This document shows, piece after piece, positions 52,039 to 63,196 of a stretch of DNA of 64,000 nt; within the stretch, counting starts at the first letter, position 1, and each line of letters opens with the position of its first letter. Source of the DNA: an uncultured cyanobacterium. Lineage in GTDB: Bacteria; Cyanobacteriota; Cyanobacteriia; Phormidesmidales; Phormidesmidaceae. A program made the translations under genes and the position numbers. The DNA lies in the NCBI GenBank assembly GCA_963793265.1, contig CAWBZI010000005.1:160001-224000 (forward strand). Reading direction: 5' to 3'. The notes beneath the pieces are model-generated. The model was not told where the DNA came from. It did no database searches and was given only the letters and a program-made list of their open reading frames with translations.

Positions 52039-52263
52039 GCGTATTTTCTCGGAATAGTATCGGGGTATACACTGATCTACTCAAATACGCAGCGAGCTAA
52101 CATATATTTATCTCCTGAGTATCTACCTACTTGTTCTATATGTTCTTCTCAAATGGGTGTTTTCCCGTAGAGGAATTGCTTTACGAAGTGTATTAGGTAA
52201 CGGTCACACATACCTGCGTCCCACTCTTAGCGCCTCTTCTCCGCTTAGCGCGGAGGGATTGAC

Positions 52264-53913
52264 ATGCTTAATCGCCACGCCAACCGCTCATTCAAGGCTA
52301 GTTTGCCTAATCACTGGCCTACTCAGATAGCAGAGAGCCTGGTAGAGCGCTCAGCAGATAGCCCAGTAGAAGACCCAGCAGATCAAGCGCTATTACCTGA
52401 GGCGCAGATAGAAGTCTTTGACACTCACTGCTATAGACTTTCAGATGTAGACGTTTCAGAACTAGACCTAATCGCTTCAGACCTGACAGAATCAGAGCTT
52501 TCCACTTCAGAATTGATCCCTTTAAAAACAGATCTATCAGGCATAAGAACAGACACACAATCCCTTAAGAGCACGCTCAATATCAATCGATCTAGCTCTG
52601 ATTTGACTGACGCTCGTAGGGCTAATAACCCTACGATTGACACTCATGTGAATTGTTTTAATCAACCCAGTGGCGTCTTCCCAGAAAACGCTTTAGGGGT
52701 TCAAAGTATTCAGCGTTTGCGTCAGGTAGAGCGCAAGGTGCGCAGCTCACTAGAGCTGTCTAGTATTTTAGGCGCTGCTGTTGTAGAGTCTGCATCTTTG
52801 CTGAGCGCGCAGCAGGTGATCTTGTTGCGCTATGAGTCTGAGGTGCCGCTTTGGATACAGGCGGCGCAGTATTGCCAAAACCAGGCGATCGCCTGGCAGC
52901 AAAGGTGCACGATTGTGCAGTCAGAGTTTCCCGATCTTACTCGCCAACTGCTGCAAGGCAAGGCTTTACAGATTTATACTGACCAGCCACTGCCGACGAC
53001 GGAGACTCGGCAGTGGCTAGCCTGCTGGCCGGGCAACTGGCTACTGGTGCCGGTCAAAAAAAATCAATACGCCACCTATTCACTTAACGAGCAGCAGACA
53101 AATCAAAGTGCGATCTTACGCTCAGCAGGCAAGGCGGCTGCCACCATAGACACTCAGGCGGCGGCTGAGCACTGGGGGATTATGGCGTTGGCGCTCCCAG
53201 GCGAGCAGACTTGGACAGCAGAGGCAATCATCTCTGCTCAAAGCATCGCCGTTGAGCTATCGCTGGCTCTGGCTCAAGCCGATCAGCATCAATCACTGCT
53301 AGCTGCCAATCAGGCGCTACAAAAGCTGGCTCTTTTAGACGGTCTGACCTCACTGGCGAATCGTCGCCGGTTTGATGAGCATCTGGCCGATGAGTGGCAG
53401 CGCTTAGCGAGAGATCAGCAGCCGCTTTCTTTGATTTTGTGCGATCTTGATCATTTCAAACGCTACAACGATACGTTTGGGCATCCGGCGGGCGATCGCT
53501 GCCTCAAAAAAATTGCTCAGGCGCTCAGCAGCGGCCCTCAGCGTCCGGCTGATTTGGTCGCTCGCTACGGTGGCGAAGAGTTCGCAATTATTTTGCCAAA
53601 TACCGATACCAACGGCGCTTGGCGCATCGCTCAAAAGCTTCACAGCAGTATTCGCGCGCTTAGAATCGCTCACGCTGCTGATAATGACAAGCCCTATGTC
53701 ACGGTCACGATGGGCGTTTCTACCATTGTGCCGGGGCATGAGTCCACGGCTCAGATTTTGGTGCAGGCGGCAGATTTGGCGCTATACCATGCGAAGAAAC
53801 AGGGGCGCGATCGCACCTACGTCCACGCTCACTACAACACCGTTAACCCAGAAGCAGCGGTAGCCTCAAACGACTCACAGCCCGCAATGACACCACCCGA
53901 AGAAACCCTTTAG
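52264..53913 (+). CDS. Diguanylate cyclase with a GAF-like domain
   Basis: DGLT.LANRR, DLDHFK.YND..GH, RPAD I-site, GGEEF. Confidence 0.93.
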   Translation: MLNRHANRSFKASLPNHWPTQIAESLVERSADSPVEDPADQALLPEAQIEVFDTHCYRLSDVDVSELDLIASDLTESELSTSELIPLKTDLSGIRTDTQSLKSTLNINRSSSDLTDARRANNPTIDTHVNCFNQPSGVFPENALGVQSIQRLRQVERKVRSSLELSSILGAAVVESASLLSAQQVILLRYESEVPLWIQAAQYCQNQAIAWQQRCTIVQSEFPDLTRQLLQGKALQIYTDQPLPTTETRQWLACWPGNWLLVPVKKNQYATYSLNEQQTNQSAILRSAGKAAATIDTQAAAEHWGIMALALPGEQTWTAEAIISAQSIAVELSLALAQADQHQSLLAANQALQKLALLDGLTSLANRRRFDEHLADEWQRLARDQQPLSLILCDLDHFKRYNDTFGHPAGDRCLKKIAQALSSGPQRPADLVARYGGEEFAIILPNTDTNGAWRIAQKLHSSIRALRIAHAADNDKPYVTVTMGVSTIVPGHESTAQILVQAADLALYHAKKQGRDRTYVHAHYNTVNPEAAVASNDSQPAMTPPEETL

Positions 53914-53923
53914 GCTCTTACTT

Positions 53924-54652
53924 TTAAGCCGTGTAGTTTGCCAGCTTCGCAAAGCTATCGGCCTCTAAGCTAGCGCCCCCAACCAGTGCGCCATCAATCT
54001 CGCTTTGGGCCATAATCTCATCCATATTGGCAGGCTTCACCGAGCCCCCATACTGAATCGGCACGTCCTTATTCACGAGCTGCGAACGAATCTTCCCAAT
54101 CACCCGATTGGCCTCATCACTCGCACAAGTATCGCCCGTCCCAATTGCCCAAATCGGCTCATAGGCAATCACCAAATCGTACTGATTAACGCCCACCAGA
54201 CCCTTCTCTATCTGGCCCGCAATAATCGTATGGGTTTCATCCGCATCTCGCTGCGCCTTCGTCTCACCCACACACAAAATTGGCGTCATACCCGCAGCCT
54301 GAGCCGCCTTGAGCCGAGCATTCACCGTCTCATCCGTCTCTCCAAAATACTGCCTGCGCTCGCTGTGACCCACCACCACATACCGAACCCCAATCTCACT
54401 CAGCATCGGCCCCGAAATCTCGCCCGTATACGCCCCCGACGCTTCCCAGTGAATATTCTGCGCCCCCACCTTCACCGCGCTGCCTCTAAGCTTATCGGCC
54501 AGCAGACCCAGCGTCGTAAAAGGCGCACACAGCACCAGCTCCCGACTATCGGGCGTATCCGCCAGTTGGGGCATCAACTGTTGCACAAACGCCGAGGCTT
54601 CCGCCTGGGTCTTATGCATTTTCCAATTACCAGCAATTACAACTTTTCGCAC
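53924..54652 (-). CDS. tpiA: Triosephosphate isomerase
   Basis: [30 protein letters not shown]. Confidence 0.98.
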   Translation of the reverse strand: MRKVVIAGNWKMHKTQAEASAFVQQLMPQLADTPDSRELVLCAPFTTLGLLADKLRGSAVKVGAQNIHWEASGAYTGEISGPMLSEIGVRYVVVGHSERRQYFGETDETVNARLKAAQAAGMTPILCVGETKAQRDADETHTIIAGQIEKGLVGVNQYDLVIAYEPIWAIGTGDTCASDEANRVIGKIRSQLVNKDVPIQYGGSVKPANMDEIMAQSEIDGALVGGASLEADSFAKLANYTA

Positions 54653-54767
54653 AGGTTCATCTTATAGGCGCAGCATCCTGGATCGTACAGGCAATCGCTA
54701 CCGCCACGCAATGAGAAGTATGAAGTCATTCAGATCAGCTACCTCGTTTTTATCAGCGCTGCTAACG

Positions 54768-54992
54768 CTATACATTCAAAAACGCTTCAGGTTCGATATT
54801 TGCTTGCTTAAGGATCACTCTGAGCGTACCTTCTGGTATGTCGCCAGGATGGTTCGGTATCGTCGTATAGCGGTCAGTCGCTGAGCTATACCAAATCTCG
54901 TGACTACCAGCAGCTTGACGATCAAATACAAATCCTAGCTTTTTCAAACGTTTGACGACCTTTCTATATTTGAACCCCGCTAACCGGCCCAT
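54768..54992 (-). CDS. hicA: HicA mRNA interferase toxin
   Basis: GSHEIW...TTIPNHPGD..EGTLR.IL. Confidence 0.92.
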   Translation of the reverse strand: MGRLAGFKYRKVVKRLKKLGFVFDRQAAGSHEIWYSSATDRYTTIPNHPGDIPEGTLRVILKQANIEPEAFLNV

Positions 54993-55223
54993 CTACACGC
55001 CTATCACTAAGGGATAGTCAAAATTTTCTTCGACATCAGCAAGCCTAATTGTGTTTTGTCGCTCAGCCTGGGCTTCCATCAGCTTCTTAGCCACATCGCG
55101 AGCAATTTCTATAGTCTCGGCAACCGTGCGTCCTTGGGCAACTAACCCAGGCACATCATTCGACGTTGCCAGGTAAACTCCTTCGGGCAGCTTTTCGATA
55201 TGAAGTGTTGCAATCTGTTCCAT
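54993..55223 (-). CDS. hicB: HicB-family antitoxin
   Basis: LPEGVYLATS.DVPGLVAQGRT; directly upstream of hicA. Confidence 0.88.
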   Translation of the reverse strand: MEQIATLHIEKLPEGVYLATSNDVPGLVAQGRTVAETIEIARDVAKKLMEAQAERQNTIRLADVEENFDYPLVIGV

Positions 55224-55339
55224 AGTTCGGATAGTTATCTGGTTGTGGATCGGGAGCAACGAGAACCTGTACTTAGCAGGCTGCACTCATAGTTATATCG
55301 CTTTACTGAATTCGTAATCGATGAGTTACCTAGTGCTAC

Positions 55340-55373
55340 AAAAAGAGAGGTGTCCATTGGATACCTCTCTTTT
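55340..55373 (-). terminator. Intrinsic (bidirectional-type) terminator after pnp
   Basis: AAAAGAGAGGTGTCCA-T-TGGATACCTCTCTTTT. Confidence 0.85.
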
Positions 55374-55405
55374 ATCTAGTCAATCACGAAACCAAAGGAA
55401 ACGCT

Positions 55406-57562
55406 TTACCCTTCCTCAATCCCAGCCGCTGCTTTAGCTGCTGCCGCTTCGTCAGGGTGAATGCCCAATCGGGTCAGGTTCACGCGACCGCGATTGTCGA
55501 TTTCGCGCACCTTAATCAGCACTTCGTCATCCACATTCACTTCGTCTTCTACCTTGTTCACTCGGTAGTCAGCGAGCTGCGAAATGTGAATCATGCCTTC
55601 TTTACCCGGCATAAACTCAACAAAGGCTCCGATAGGAATCACGCGAGTGACCTTACCCATATACACATTGCCAGCCTCGGCAACGTGGGTGATCCCTTCA
55701 ATCATCTTCTGAGCCTGCTTAGCCTTCTCAGAATCGACTGCCGAGATCGTCACCGTACCATCGTCTTGAATATCGACTTTAGCAGTGGTCTTCTCAGTGA
55801 TCGCCTTAATTTGCTTACCGCCTGGCCCAATCACCATCCCGATTTGGTCAGGATTGATTTGCATGGTAAGCAAGCGCGGTGCGTAAGGTGAAACCTCATC
55901 GCGGGGCTTGTCAATTGCCTCTAGCATTTTTTCTAGAATGTGCAGCCGGGCCGGGCGAGCTTGGTTGATGGCCTCGCTGATCACTTCCATCGGAAGACCA
56001 GTGATTTTCATGTCTAGCTGTAGGGCGGTGATGCCGCTGTCAGTACCGGCTACTTTGAAGTCCATGTCGCCAAGGAAGTCTTCAATGCCCTGAATATCAG
56101 AGAGGATACGGACTTCTTCGCCTTCTTTGATCAGGCCCATGGCTGCGCCGCTGACGGGTTGAGTGATGGGAACACCTGCGTCCATTAGCGATAGGGTGGA
56201 GCCGCAGACGGAGCCCATGGACGTAGAGCCGTTGGAGGAGAGGCACTCGGAGACGACCCGGATGACGTAGGGGAAGTCTTCTTGGGCAGGTAGAACGGGG
56301 ATGAGGGCGCGTTCTGCGAGGGCACCGTGGCCGACTTCACGACGACCGGGCGATCGCATAGGTCGAGTTTCACCCACCGAGTAAGGCGGGAAGTTGTAGT
56401 GGTGCAGGTACTTCTTCTCATCGCCAGGATGCAAGTCATCCATCATCTGCGCATCGCCAGGCGTACCGAGCGTCGTTACAGACATAACCTGCGTCAGGCC
56501 GCGACGGAATAGGCCCGTGCCGTGTACGCGCTGAGGCAGTACCCCAGTGCGACAGGTGATTTTACGAATTTCGTCGAGCTTACGACCGTCTACGCGGACG
56601 CCTTCTTCGACAATCTGGGCGCGCATCACCTTCTTCGTCAAGCTCTTAAAGGCTTTACCCAGCGCCTTTTTGTTCTCATCAACGGCAGCTCTAACAGCGT
56701 TACCTTCATCCAGCGCCTGAATTTCTTCGGCAATAGCGGCTTTGATCTCATCTAGCTTGCCGTCGCGCTCAGACTTACTTTGCTCAAACTGCTTGAGGAC
56801 TTCTTTGATCGAGTCAGTTGACTTATCGGCAAGGAACTTCTCAAGATCTTCACTCACCACAGGCTCGGGCTCGGTAGGCCGCTCTAGCTTGAGTTCTTCA
56901 ACTAGCTCTAGCTGCGCTTTAATTAAGTCCTGAACGACTTCGTAGCCAAAGTCAATCGCTTCGATTACGTCCTGCTCAGGGAGCTGATTGGCCCCAGCTT
57001 CTACCATAATCACGCCATCAGGAGAACCAGCCACGATTAAATCAAGGTCGCCGTCTTCGATTTCCTGGTAGGTGGGGTTGATGATGAAGTCGTCGCCAAC
57101 AAGGCCCACGCGCACAGCGGCCATGGGGCCGTTGAAGGGGATTTCTGCTAGGAGTACGGCAATCGATGCGCCAGTTGCAGCGATTACATCGGGCGGTACG
57201 TCTTCATCCATAGAGAGAGTAGTCGCCACAATTTGGATGTCGTCGCGAATCCAGTTAGGGAAGAGCGGGCGCATGGGGCGGTCGATCAGGCGGCTGGTGA
57301 GGGTGGCGCGTTCGGGCGGACGGCCTTCACGGCGGAGGAAGCCGCCGGGGATGCGGCCTGCGGCGTACAGGCGCTCTTCGTAGTCAATCAGGAGGGGGAG
57401 AAAGTCAATGCCTTCTCTACCAGAGGATCTTGTAGCGGTGACGAGCACTGCCGTATCGCCTGAGCTGATCAAGACAGAGCCGCCTGCTTGGGGCGCTAAC
57501 AGTCCCACTTTCAGGTGTATGTCTCGACCGTCGATGGAAATCGACTTATCAATTTCTTGCAT
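55406..57562 (-). CDS. pnp: Polyribonucleotide nucleotidyltransferase
   Basis: [39 protein letters not shown] and S1 domains. Confidence 0.98.
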   Translation of the reverse strand: MQEIDKSISIDGRDIHLKVGLLAPQAGGSVLISSGDTAVLVTATRSSGREGIDFLPLLIDYEERLYAAGRIPGGFLRREGRPPERATLTSRLIDRPMRPLFPNWIRDDIQIVATTLSMDEDVPPDVIAATGASIAVLLAEIPFNGPMAAVRVGLVGDDFIINPTYQEIEDGDLDLIVAGSPDGVIMVEAGANQLPEQDVIEAIDFGYEVVQDLIKAQLELVEELKLERPTEPEPVVSEDLEKFLADKSTDSIKEVLKQFEQSKSERDGKLDEIKAAIAEEIQALDEGNAVRAAVDENKKALGKAFKSLTKKVMRAQIVEEGVRVDGRKLDEIRKITCRTGVLPQRVHGTGLFRRGLTQVMSVTTLGTPGDAQMMDDLHPGDEKKYLHHYNFPPYSVGETRPMRSPGRREVGHGALAERALIPVLPAQEDFPYVIRVVSECLSSNGSTSMGSVCGSTLSLMDAGVPITQPVSGAAMGLIKEGEEVRILSDIQGIEDFLGDMDFKVAGTDSGITALQLDMKITGLPMEVISEAINQARPARLHILEKMLEAIDKPRDEVSPYAPRLLTMQINPDQIGMVIGPGGKQIKAITEKTTAKVDIQDDGTVTISAVDSEKAKQAQKMIEGITHVAEAGNVYMGKVTRVIPIGAFVEFMPGKEGMIHISQLADYRVNKVEDEVNVDDEVLIKVREIDNRGRVNLTRLGIHPDEAAAAKAAAGIEEG

Positions 57563-57748
57563 TGATTGATGAATCCTTATTCTTTGTTTTCTCATTTTAT
57601 GCTTTGGCAATCGTATCACTGATAACGAGACGTTGTTCTGAATATAAGAAGGAGGCCGATTAAAAAACTTTGATGAACGCTGTGGTGAACGGCTCGAATG
57701 CGGCTAATACTAGGATGAGAATTTATTGATTATCTATTTACTAGGCTC

Positions 57749-58747
57749 ATGGCGATACTTGTAACTGGCGCTGCCGGGTTTATTGGCTACTTTTTATCGC
57801 TGAGGCTGCTAGAAGCAGGCGAGCAGGTATACGGCATCGACTGTATTAGCGACTATTACGATGTGCAAATAAAGCAGGATCGGCTGGCTCAGCTTGAGGC
57901 GTTTGAGAAGTTTACGTTTGAGCAGATGGATGTGAGCGATCGCACTGCCACATCCAACCTATTCACCACCCATTCCTTCAACTGCGTCGTCCACCTCGCC
58001 GCCCAAGCAGGCGTTCGCTACTCACTCGAAAACCCGCTAGCTTATGCCGACAGCAACCTGCTGGGCTTCGTCAATATTTTAGAAGGGTGCCGCCATAGCA
58101 AAGTCAGCCATCTGGTGTTCGCCTCCTCAAGCTCTGTGTATGGGCAAAACCGCAAGGTGCCTTTTTCTACAGAAGATAGAGTGGATCATCCCGTATCTCT
58201 GTATGCGGCGACTAAGAAAGCTAATGAGCTGATGGCGCATTCTTACAGCCATCTGTACGATTTGCCGGTGACCGGGCTGCGGTTCTTTACGGTGTATGGG
58301 CCTTGGGGCAGGCCGGATATGGCTTACTTTAAGTTTGTCGATGCGATCGCCAAAGGCAAACCCATCGACGTATACAACCACGGCCAAATGAAGCGCGATT
58401 TCACCTACATAGACGATGTGGTAGAAGGCATCATGCGCGTGATGGAAAAGCCACAGCAAAAGCTCAGCCCTGAAGACGCCCAAGACGCCGATTCGAGCGC
58501 GCCCTACAAAATCTATAACATCGGCAACCACAGCCCCGTCACGCTAATGGACTTCATCACCACCATCGAGCAAGCCATGGGTAAAACGGCTCAGAAAAAC
58601 ATGATGCCAATGCAACCGGGCGACGTGCCCGCCACCTACGCTGACGTGCAGGAGTTGATGGATGATGTCGGATTCAAGCCCGATACACCTTTATCTGAAG
58701 GCATCGCAAAATTCGTCGCCTGGTACAAGGACTACTACGCCGTATAG
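57749..58747 (+). CDS. UDP-glucuronate 4-epimerase-type NAD-dependent epimerase
   Basis: TGAAGFIG, HLAAQAGVRYS, YAATKK, RFFTVYGPWGRPDMA. Confidence 0.93.
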   Translation: MAILVTGAAGFIGYFLSLRLLEAGEQVYGIDCISDYYDVQIKQDRLAQLEAFEKFTFEQMDVSDRTATSNLFTTHSFNCVVHLAAQAGVRYSLENPLAYADSNLLGFVNILEGCRHSKVSHLVFASSSSVYGQNRKVPFSTEDRVDHPVSLYAATKKANELMAHSYSHLYDLPVTGLRFFTVYGPWGRPDMAYFKFVDAIAKGKPIDVYNHGQMKRDFTYIDDVVEGIMRVMEKPQQKLSPEDAQDADSSAPYKIYNIGNHSPVTLMDFITTIEQAMGKTAQKNMMPMQPGDVPATYADVQELMDDVGFKPDTPLSEGIAKFVAWYKDYYAV

Positions 58748-58799
58748 GCACAGCTTGACATCCCAACCCATCGGCTGAGTGTAGTCGAAGTCAAGTTTA

Positions 58800-58872
58800 T
58801 GGAGCTAAGGAGATTCGAACTCCTGACCCCCTGCATGCCATGCAGGTGCGCTACCAGCTGCGCTATAGCCCC
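58800..58872 (-). tRNA. trnA-GGC: tRNA-Ala(GGC)
   Basis: GGGGCTA...CCTGC-ATGGCAT-GCAGG...GTTCGAATC...TAGCTCCA, with the G3:U70 pair. Confidence 0.97.
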
Positions 58873-59060
58873 GTGTTACGTATTGAAAAATAATAATCGC
58901 TCAACACACTGCCTCTCGTCAAGCTGCTTTGGGCACAACTTTTTGAGACTAAGTTTTTGAAGGCTAAGTTTTTTTCTGAAGTAATAAAATCCTCACACAC
59001 TCTGCGCAGGCACCTAGCAAATAGCGATACAGTTGAGAGCGATCGCCTTCGCAAACGACT

Positions 59061-60173
59061 ATGACCGCTACCCCTCCTTCTGCGTCAGATTCAGCGACTA
59101 ACCCTCCTGCCTCTGACGAAACGGCTCAAGCCGCCATTGACACCATCAAAACCCAGCTCCGCCGCAAAGAAGGCAACTGGGTGAGCTGGGGCAAAGCCTG
59201 CCACACGCTGCAAAAGAGTGGCATGAGCCCTCAAGACGTTTTTGAAGCAACTGGCTTTGAGCCGATTCAACAAAACCAGCTCATCGTCGCCTCACAGGTG
59301 TTCGACTCGATGGTATCAGGCGGCGTTAGCGACAAGGCCAAGGCCCACTACGAAGTACGCGGTAGCGATAGCCTGTACGAATTTAGAATTTTGCCCAGTG
59401 ACCACCGCGCGGCGGCGGCTGACTTTGCCTTTGAAAACGGCCTAGATAGCGATCAGGTTAAAGACGTGGTAAAAGCGCTGAGAGACTTTACCTATAGCGA
59501 TACCCCACCGCCTGGCTTCGAGAAAACAATGGGTGATGCGGCGGCTTATCACTACTGGCGTTTAGCCCGGCAGCAGGGGGATTTGCAGGAGCGATCGCGT
59601 CTCATTGCCCAAAGCCTCCGATTTGCCACCTCCAGCGGCGCTCGCAGCAAAGTAGAAAAGCTCCTAGTTGACTTCTCAGTCGTCAAGGCCAAGCCCGCCC
59701 CGCGCCTGCCGATCTTTCGCCTGGAAGACGAGGCAGATTCTCCAGTGATCATGCCGGTGGCCGGTCACATGCCGCTGCCGACCGAAGAATACAAAGCGAT
59801 CCCGAGCATTGAGCCCGAAGAACCTTTCGGCATTGTCAAATTCTCTGGCACAGGCGCTTGGATTCCGGTGCCTGGCTGGCAGGTGATCCTAAAGGCCGAA
59901 GATCCGATTGCACTGCTTTCTACCTGCGGCGAATTGCCAAATGCACCCGATAACATGTCGCAGTCAGAACCAGTGATGATCGTGGTTGATCGCGCTAAGC
60001 GTGAGTGGGATGAGTACAGCTATTTTATAGTGGACTCAGGCGGTCAGCTCGAAATTCAATGGTTCGATGAAGCGCCTCAATTGCAGCTATTAGGCGGCGT
60101 TGCGCTGATTATGCGACCCAAGAAAATCTTTGACCAGGACTACACCCACGAATACTGGCAAATAGACGAGTAG
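59061..60173 (+). CDS. raf1: RuBisCO accumulation factor 1
   Basis: LRRKEGNWV.WG, FEATGFEPIQQNQ, PGWQV, C-terminal WQIDE. Confidence 0.95.
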   Translation: MTATPPSASDSATNPPASDETAQAAIDTIKTQLRRKEGNWVSWGKACHTLQKSGMSPQDVFEATGFEPIQQNQLIVASQVFDSMVSGGVSDKAKAHYEVRGSDSLYEFRILPSDHRAAAADFAFENGLDSDQVKDVVKALRDFTYSDTPPPGFEKTMGDAAAYHYWRLARQQGDLQERSRLIAQSLRFATSSGARSKVEKLLVDFSVVKAKPAPRLPIFRLEDEADSPVIMPVAGHMPLPTEEYKAIPSIEPEEPFGIVKFSGTGAWIPVPGWQVILKAEDPIALLSTCGELPNAPDNMSQSEPVMIVVDRAKREWDEYSYFIVDSGGQLEIQWFDEAPQLQLLGGVALIMRPKKIFDQDYTHEYWQIDE

Positions 60174-60271
60174 ATAGCCTCTTTGTACTACTTAGCACCT
60201 TCGATTTAGCCCTCGAATGGGGGCCCACGCAATACAATAGAAGGGTGCTTTGTAATGTAGGAGAGTCACCC

Positions 60272-60505
60272 GTGGCATTAGAGCGTCGCTTGTCTAGAGA
60301 TGTGTTTAATGAGAACGCGATCGTAGAGCTGCGTCAGGTTTGCATGACCCCGAGCGGTTTATTTGAGCCCGGTAAGTATTTGGTGGGCCAGCTCCCGGAT
60401 GCTGCTTTTGAAATGGGCCTAGTAGAAGCGCTGCCGCCCGTGCGGGGCAAAAGTGAGGAAGTGGCCCCACCTCAAGAATCGCCTTCAGAAGATACCGAGA
60501 ATTAA
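60272..60505 (+). CDS. Small conserved hypothetical protein
   Basis: GTG 60272 after AGGAG; 77-aa ORF ahead of recR. Confidence 0.7.
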   Translation: MALERRLSRDVFNENAIVELRQVCMTPSGLFEPGKYLVGQLPDAAFEMGLVEALPPVRGKSEEVAPPQESPSEDTEN

Positions 60506-60517
60506 GGAGCCCTGACC

Positions 60518-61114
60518 ATTTATACCCGTCCCCTTGCCAAATTAATTGAAGAGTTCCAGCGGCTTCCTGGCATTGGCCCTAAGTCGGCTCAGCGCCTGGC
60601 GATGCACATGATCAAGCGGCCTGAGGCAGAGGTGAGAGCTTTGGCAAATGCCTTAGTGGCCGCGAAGCAGCAGGTAGGCCAGTGCTCCAAGTGCTTTCAC
60701 CTTTCGGCTGAGCCGGTTTGTGATATTTGCCGCTCTCAGTCTCGCGATTTGACGACGCTGTGCGTAGTTGCTGACTCGCGAGATGTCATTGCTTTAGAAA
60801 AAACGAGAGAATTTAAGGGGAAGTATCACGTTTTAGGCGGGCTGATTTCTCCGATGGATGGCATTGGCCCCGAGCAGCTCAATATTGGTCAGCTCGTTCA
60901 TCGGGTGAATAAAGAGAATACCGATGAAGTGATTTTGGCGATTAGTCCTAGCATTGAGGGCGACACAACGACTTTGTATGTGGGTCAGTTGCTCAAGCCC
61001 TTCACACGAGTGACTCGGATTGCCTTTGGTCTGCCTATGGGCGGCGATTTGGAGTATGCCGATGAGGTGACGCTAGCGAGGGCGTTAGAAGGGCGAAGAG
61101 AATTAGATTATTAG
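60518..61114 (+). CDS. recR: Recombination mediator RecR, apparent ATT start
   Basis: [27 protein letters not shown] in frame upstream of the track ORF; C4 zinc finger, YHVLGG, IEGDTT. Confidence 0.95.
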   Translation: MYTRPLAKLIEEFQRLPGIGPKSAQRLAMHMIKRPEAEVRALANALVAAKQQVGQCSKCFHLSAEPVCDICRSQSRDLTTLCVVADSRDVIALEKTREFKGKYHVLGGLISPMDGIGPEQLNIGQLVHRVNKENTDEVILAISPSIEGDTTTLYVGQLLKPFTRVTRIAFGLPMGGDLEYADEVTLARALEGRRELDY

Positions 61115-61136
61115 CCTTGTTAGGAAGGTATAAACC

Positions 61137-61436
61137 GTGGCAGGCAGTGAAACAGCAACCAGACTATCTCTAAAGCTCAAGCCTATAGCCGCTCGATATG
61201 TTGCGGATGTGCGATCGCTAGAACTTGAGTTTGAGAACGGCAGTAGCTATCGCTATCCAGTAGACCGACTGACCTTTAGCCGATGGAACGGTGATGCCTA
61301 CGTACCCTTAGAGCCCAGACCAACCGATGCAGATTTAGAAGCTGTAGTGCTTTGGCCAAATGGCGAGATTGTTGAGTTTGAAAATATAGAGCAAGGCTTC
61401 GAGGTGACACAGCTTATCAGTGAGCTTGTTAGCTAG
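61137..61436 (+). CDS. DUF2442-like small protein (antitoxin-like)
   Basis: L.LEFENG...P...T.ADL..V.L...G....F pattern; weak family call. Confidence 0.5.
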   Translation: MAGSETATRLSLKLKPIAARYVADVRSLELEFENGSSYRYPVDRLTFSRWNGDAYVPLEPRPTDADLEAVVLWPNGEIVEFENIEQGFEVTQLISELVS

Positions 61437-61527
61437 AGAGGGGTGTCCACTCTACTTCTACGCACATTCGTATGGCTCTTTTCAATGCCTCCGATAACAA
61501 AAGGCATCACTTACACAGCACTACCTT

Positions 61528-62601
61528 ATGCAGATAGATTCTGATGATTACCGTGCCATCCATCCTCAGAATTTGCCGTATCTCGATATACAGGCTCTTC
61601 AAGGGCGACCTATCCCACTCCACACATTTCATGATGGCAATAGATGGCATATGTGGTTTCCTATGGATAATGGGCTTCTACAGCCAATTAGGATACTGGA
61701 CTCCCCAGAGGGTACCTATCTCGCACTGAGATCGGTGCACGGCGATGATGCCTTCTTTCCTTTTATTGATTTTATCTACAAACATATCGCCATTAGACGA
61801 GCTGATTCGTTTATGTCGGCTCTCATCTCTGATATTTTCAACCTGGGCGCTAGTCTCAGAAAGATAGATTTATTGAAAGCAAGTGAAAATTGCGTAGGCA
61901 AATCTAGACTTGTTACAACAGAACTCGAATACTTACTCATACTCTGTCGTAGCATGTTTGATTTGCTACAAGAAGTTTCATCAAGGATATGGGAAACTAT
62001 TCAGCTAACTGATACTTCCATAAACAAGAAAAACCTGCCCAGCAGCTTTAGAAAGGTAGTCTTCGAAAACAATGCCATTCGATCTTCGCAGGAGATTCAG
62101 GAACGTTTTGGGCTGACTCCGCTTATTGCTCGCTGGTACTCTGAAAGCGCTCCTTTTTTCTGTGCGCTACGAAGTGCTCGTGACGCAATAATTCACCAAC
62201 CAGTTCATGAGCCAGTGATATACGTTGAAGACAGAGGATTCTCTATTGGGATTAATTCGTCACCAGTATCTTTTCAAAAGATAGTGCGCTGGCCAGAAGA
62301 TGTTTCGGCTAACGGTAAAGCTGGGCCATTAAACTACTTTGTAGCCTATTTCGTACACGAAACACTTCTAGTCTGTGAAAGGTTTGCTGACGCAGTTCGT
62401 CAAGAAATTCAAGTGCCACCAAGCTTTGCTCCAAAACATTTTTTCCTCATGAGGAGCCCAAATATGGCATCACTGTTGGGAATTAGAAGAATTTTAGATA
62501 CAGATCCTTGGTCAAACTTTACCGTTCCTGAACACGATCTCAGGGAGCAATACGAAGCAGAAAGTGTCGGACATATCGCCAGTAGTCTGGATGACGAATG
62601 A
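61528..62601 (+). CDS. Hypothetical protein with a putative HEPN domain
   Basis: E.LL...RS.FD helix and RDAIIH (RX4H) at 62179-62196. Confidence 0.6.
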   Translation: MQIDSDDYRAIHPQNLPYLDIQALQGRPIPLHTFHDGNRWHMWFPMDNGLLQPIRILDSPEGTYLALRSVHGDDAFFPFIDFIYKHIAIRRADSFMSALISDIFNLGASLRKIDLLKASENCVGKSRLVTTELEYLLILCRSMFDLLQEVSSRIWETIQLTDTSINKKNLPSSFRKVVFENNAIRSSQEIQERFGLTPLIARWYSESAPFFCALRSARDAIIHQPVHEPVIYVEDRGFSIGINSSPVSFQKIVRWPEDVSANGKAGPLNYFVAYFVHETLLVCERFADAVRQEIQVPPSFAPKHFFLMRSPNMASLLGIRRILDTDPWSNFTVPEHDLREQYEAESVGHIASSLDDE

Positions 62602-62701
62602 CTGATAAATGTTCTTTGCTACGCAATATGAACGCTAAAATACCATCGAGCAGAATTTGTTAGTACAACCATAAGCCTTTTCAATAGAACATACGGTTTT
62701 G

Positions 62702-63196
62702 TTACATTCTAGCCAGTAATTCCGATTTCTTATCTTGAAACTCTTCTTGTGAAAGTATGCCAGAATCTAGCAACTGAGCTAGCTTTGCAATCTGCGCAGG
62801 TATATCCTGAACATCACTAGAATCACTGTGTTGAATAGACGAACTCTTTCCCATCCTAGATTTCACATAGGTAATGAAATCAGCCACGTCGCCTTTTTGA
62901 ATCCATTTCATCTTTACCTTATTGCCACTAGCAAAGAAAGAAATTTTATGCCCCATTAAGCTCTTTCCTATCTCAAACGATGAGATGTTTTCGTATGGAT
63001 ATACCTCCATATCAAAGCCAAACGTCCTCTTTGCATAAAAAATAAGTCTCAAGTTAGTAGCAAAGAATGCTCTGTTTTTAACGGTATCGCTGCCTATTAT
63101 CTTCGTCTCATAAGTACCAGAGACAGAATGTATTATCTTTTCCTCTGCTTCGAGATAATCGCGTACTAGCTCTTGAAGTTTTTGCAAACTTGCCAA
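62702..63196 (-). CDS. Bacterial PH-domain protein with a C-terminal SHOCT domain
   Basis: ATNLRLIFY...PYENISS; QIAKLAQLLDSGILSQEEFQDKKSELL. Confidence 0.85.
   Translation of the reverse strand: MASLQKLQELVRDYLEAEEKIIHSVSGTYETKIIGSDTVKNRAFFATNLRLIFYAKRTFGFDMEVYPYENISSFEIGKSLMGHKISFFASGNKVKMKWIQKGDVADFITYVKSRMGKSSSIQHSDSSDVQDIPAQIAKLAQLLDSGILSQEEFQDKKSELLARM

Noticed and set aside
54005..57463. Long plus-strand ORFs over tpiA and pnp
   Set aside because: Antisense frames of highly conserved genes with no recognisable motifs.
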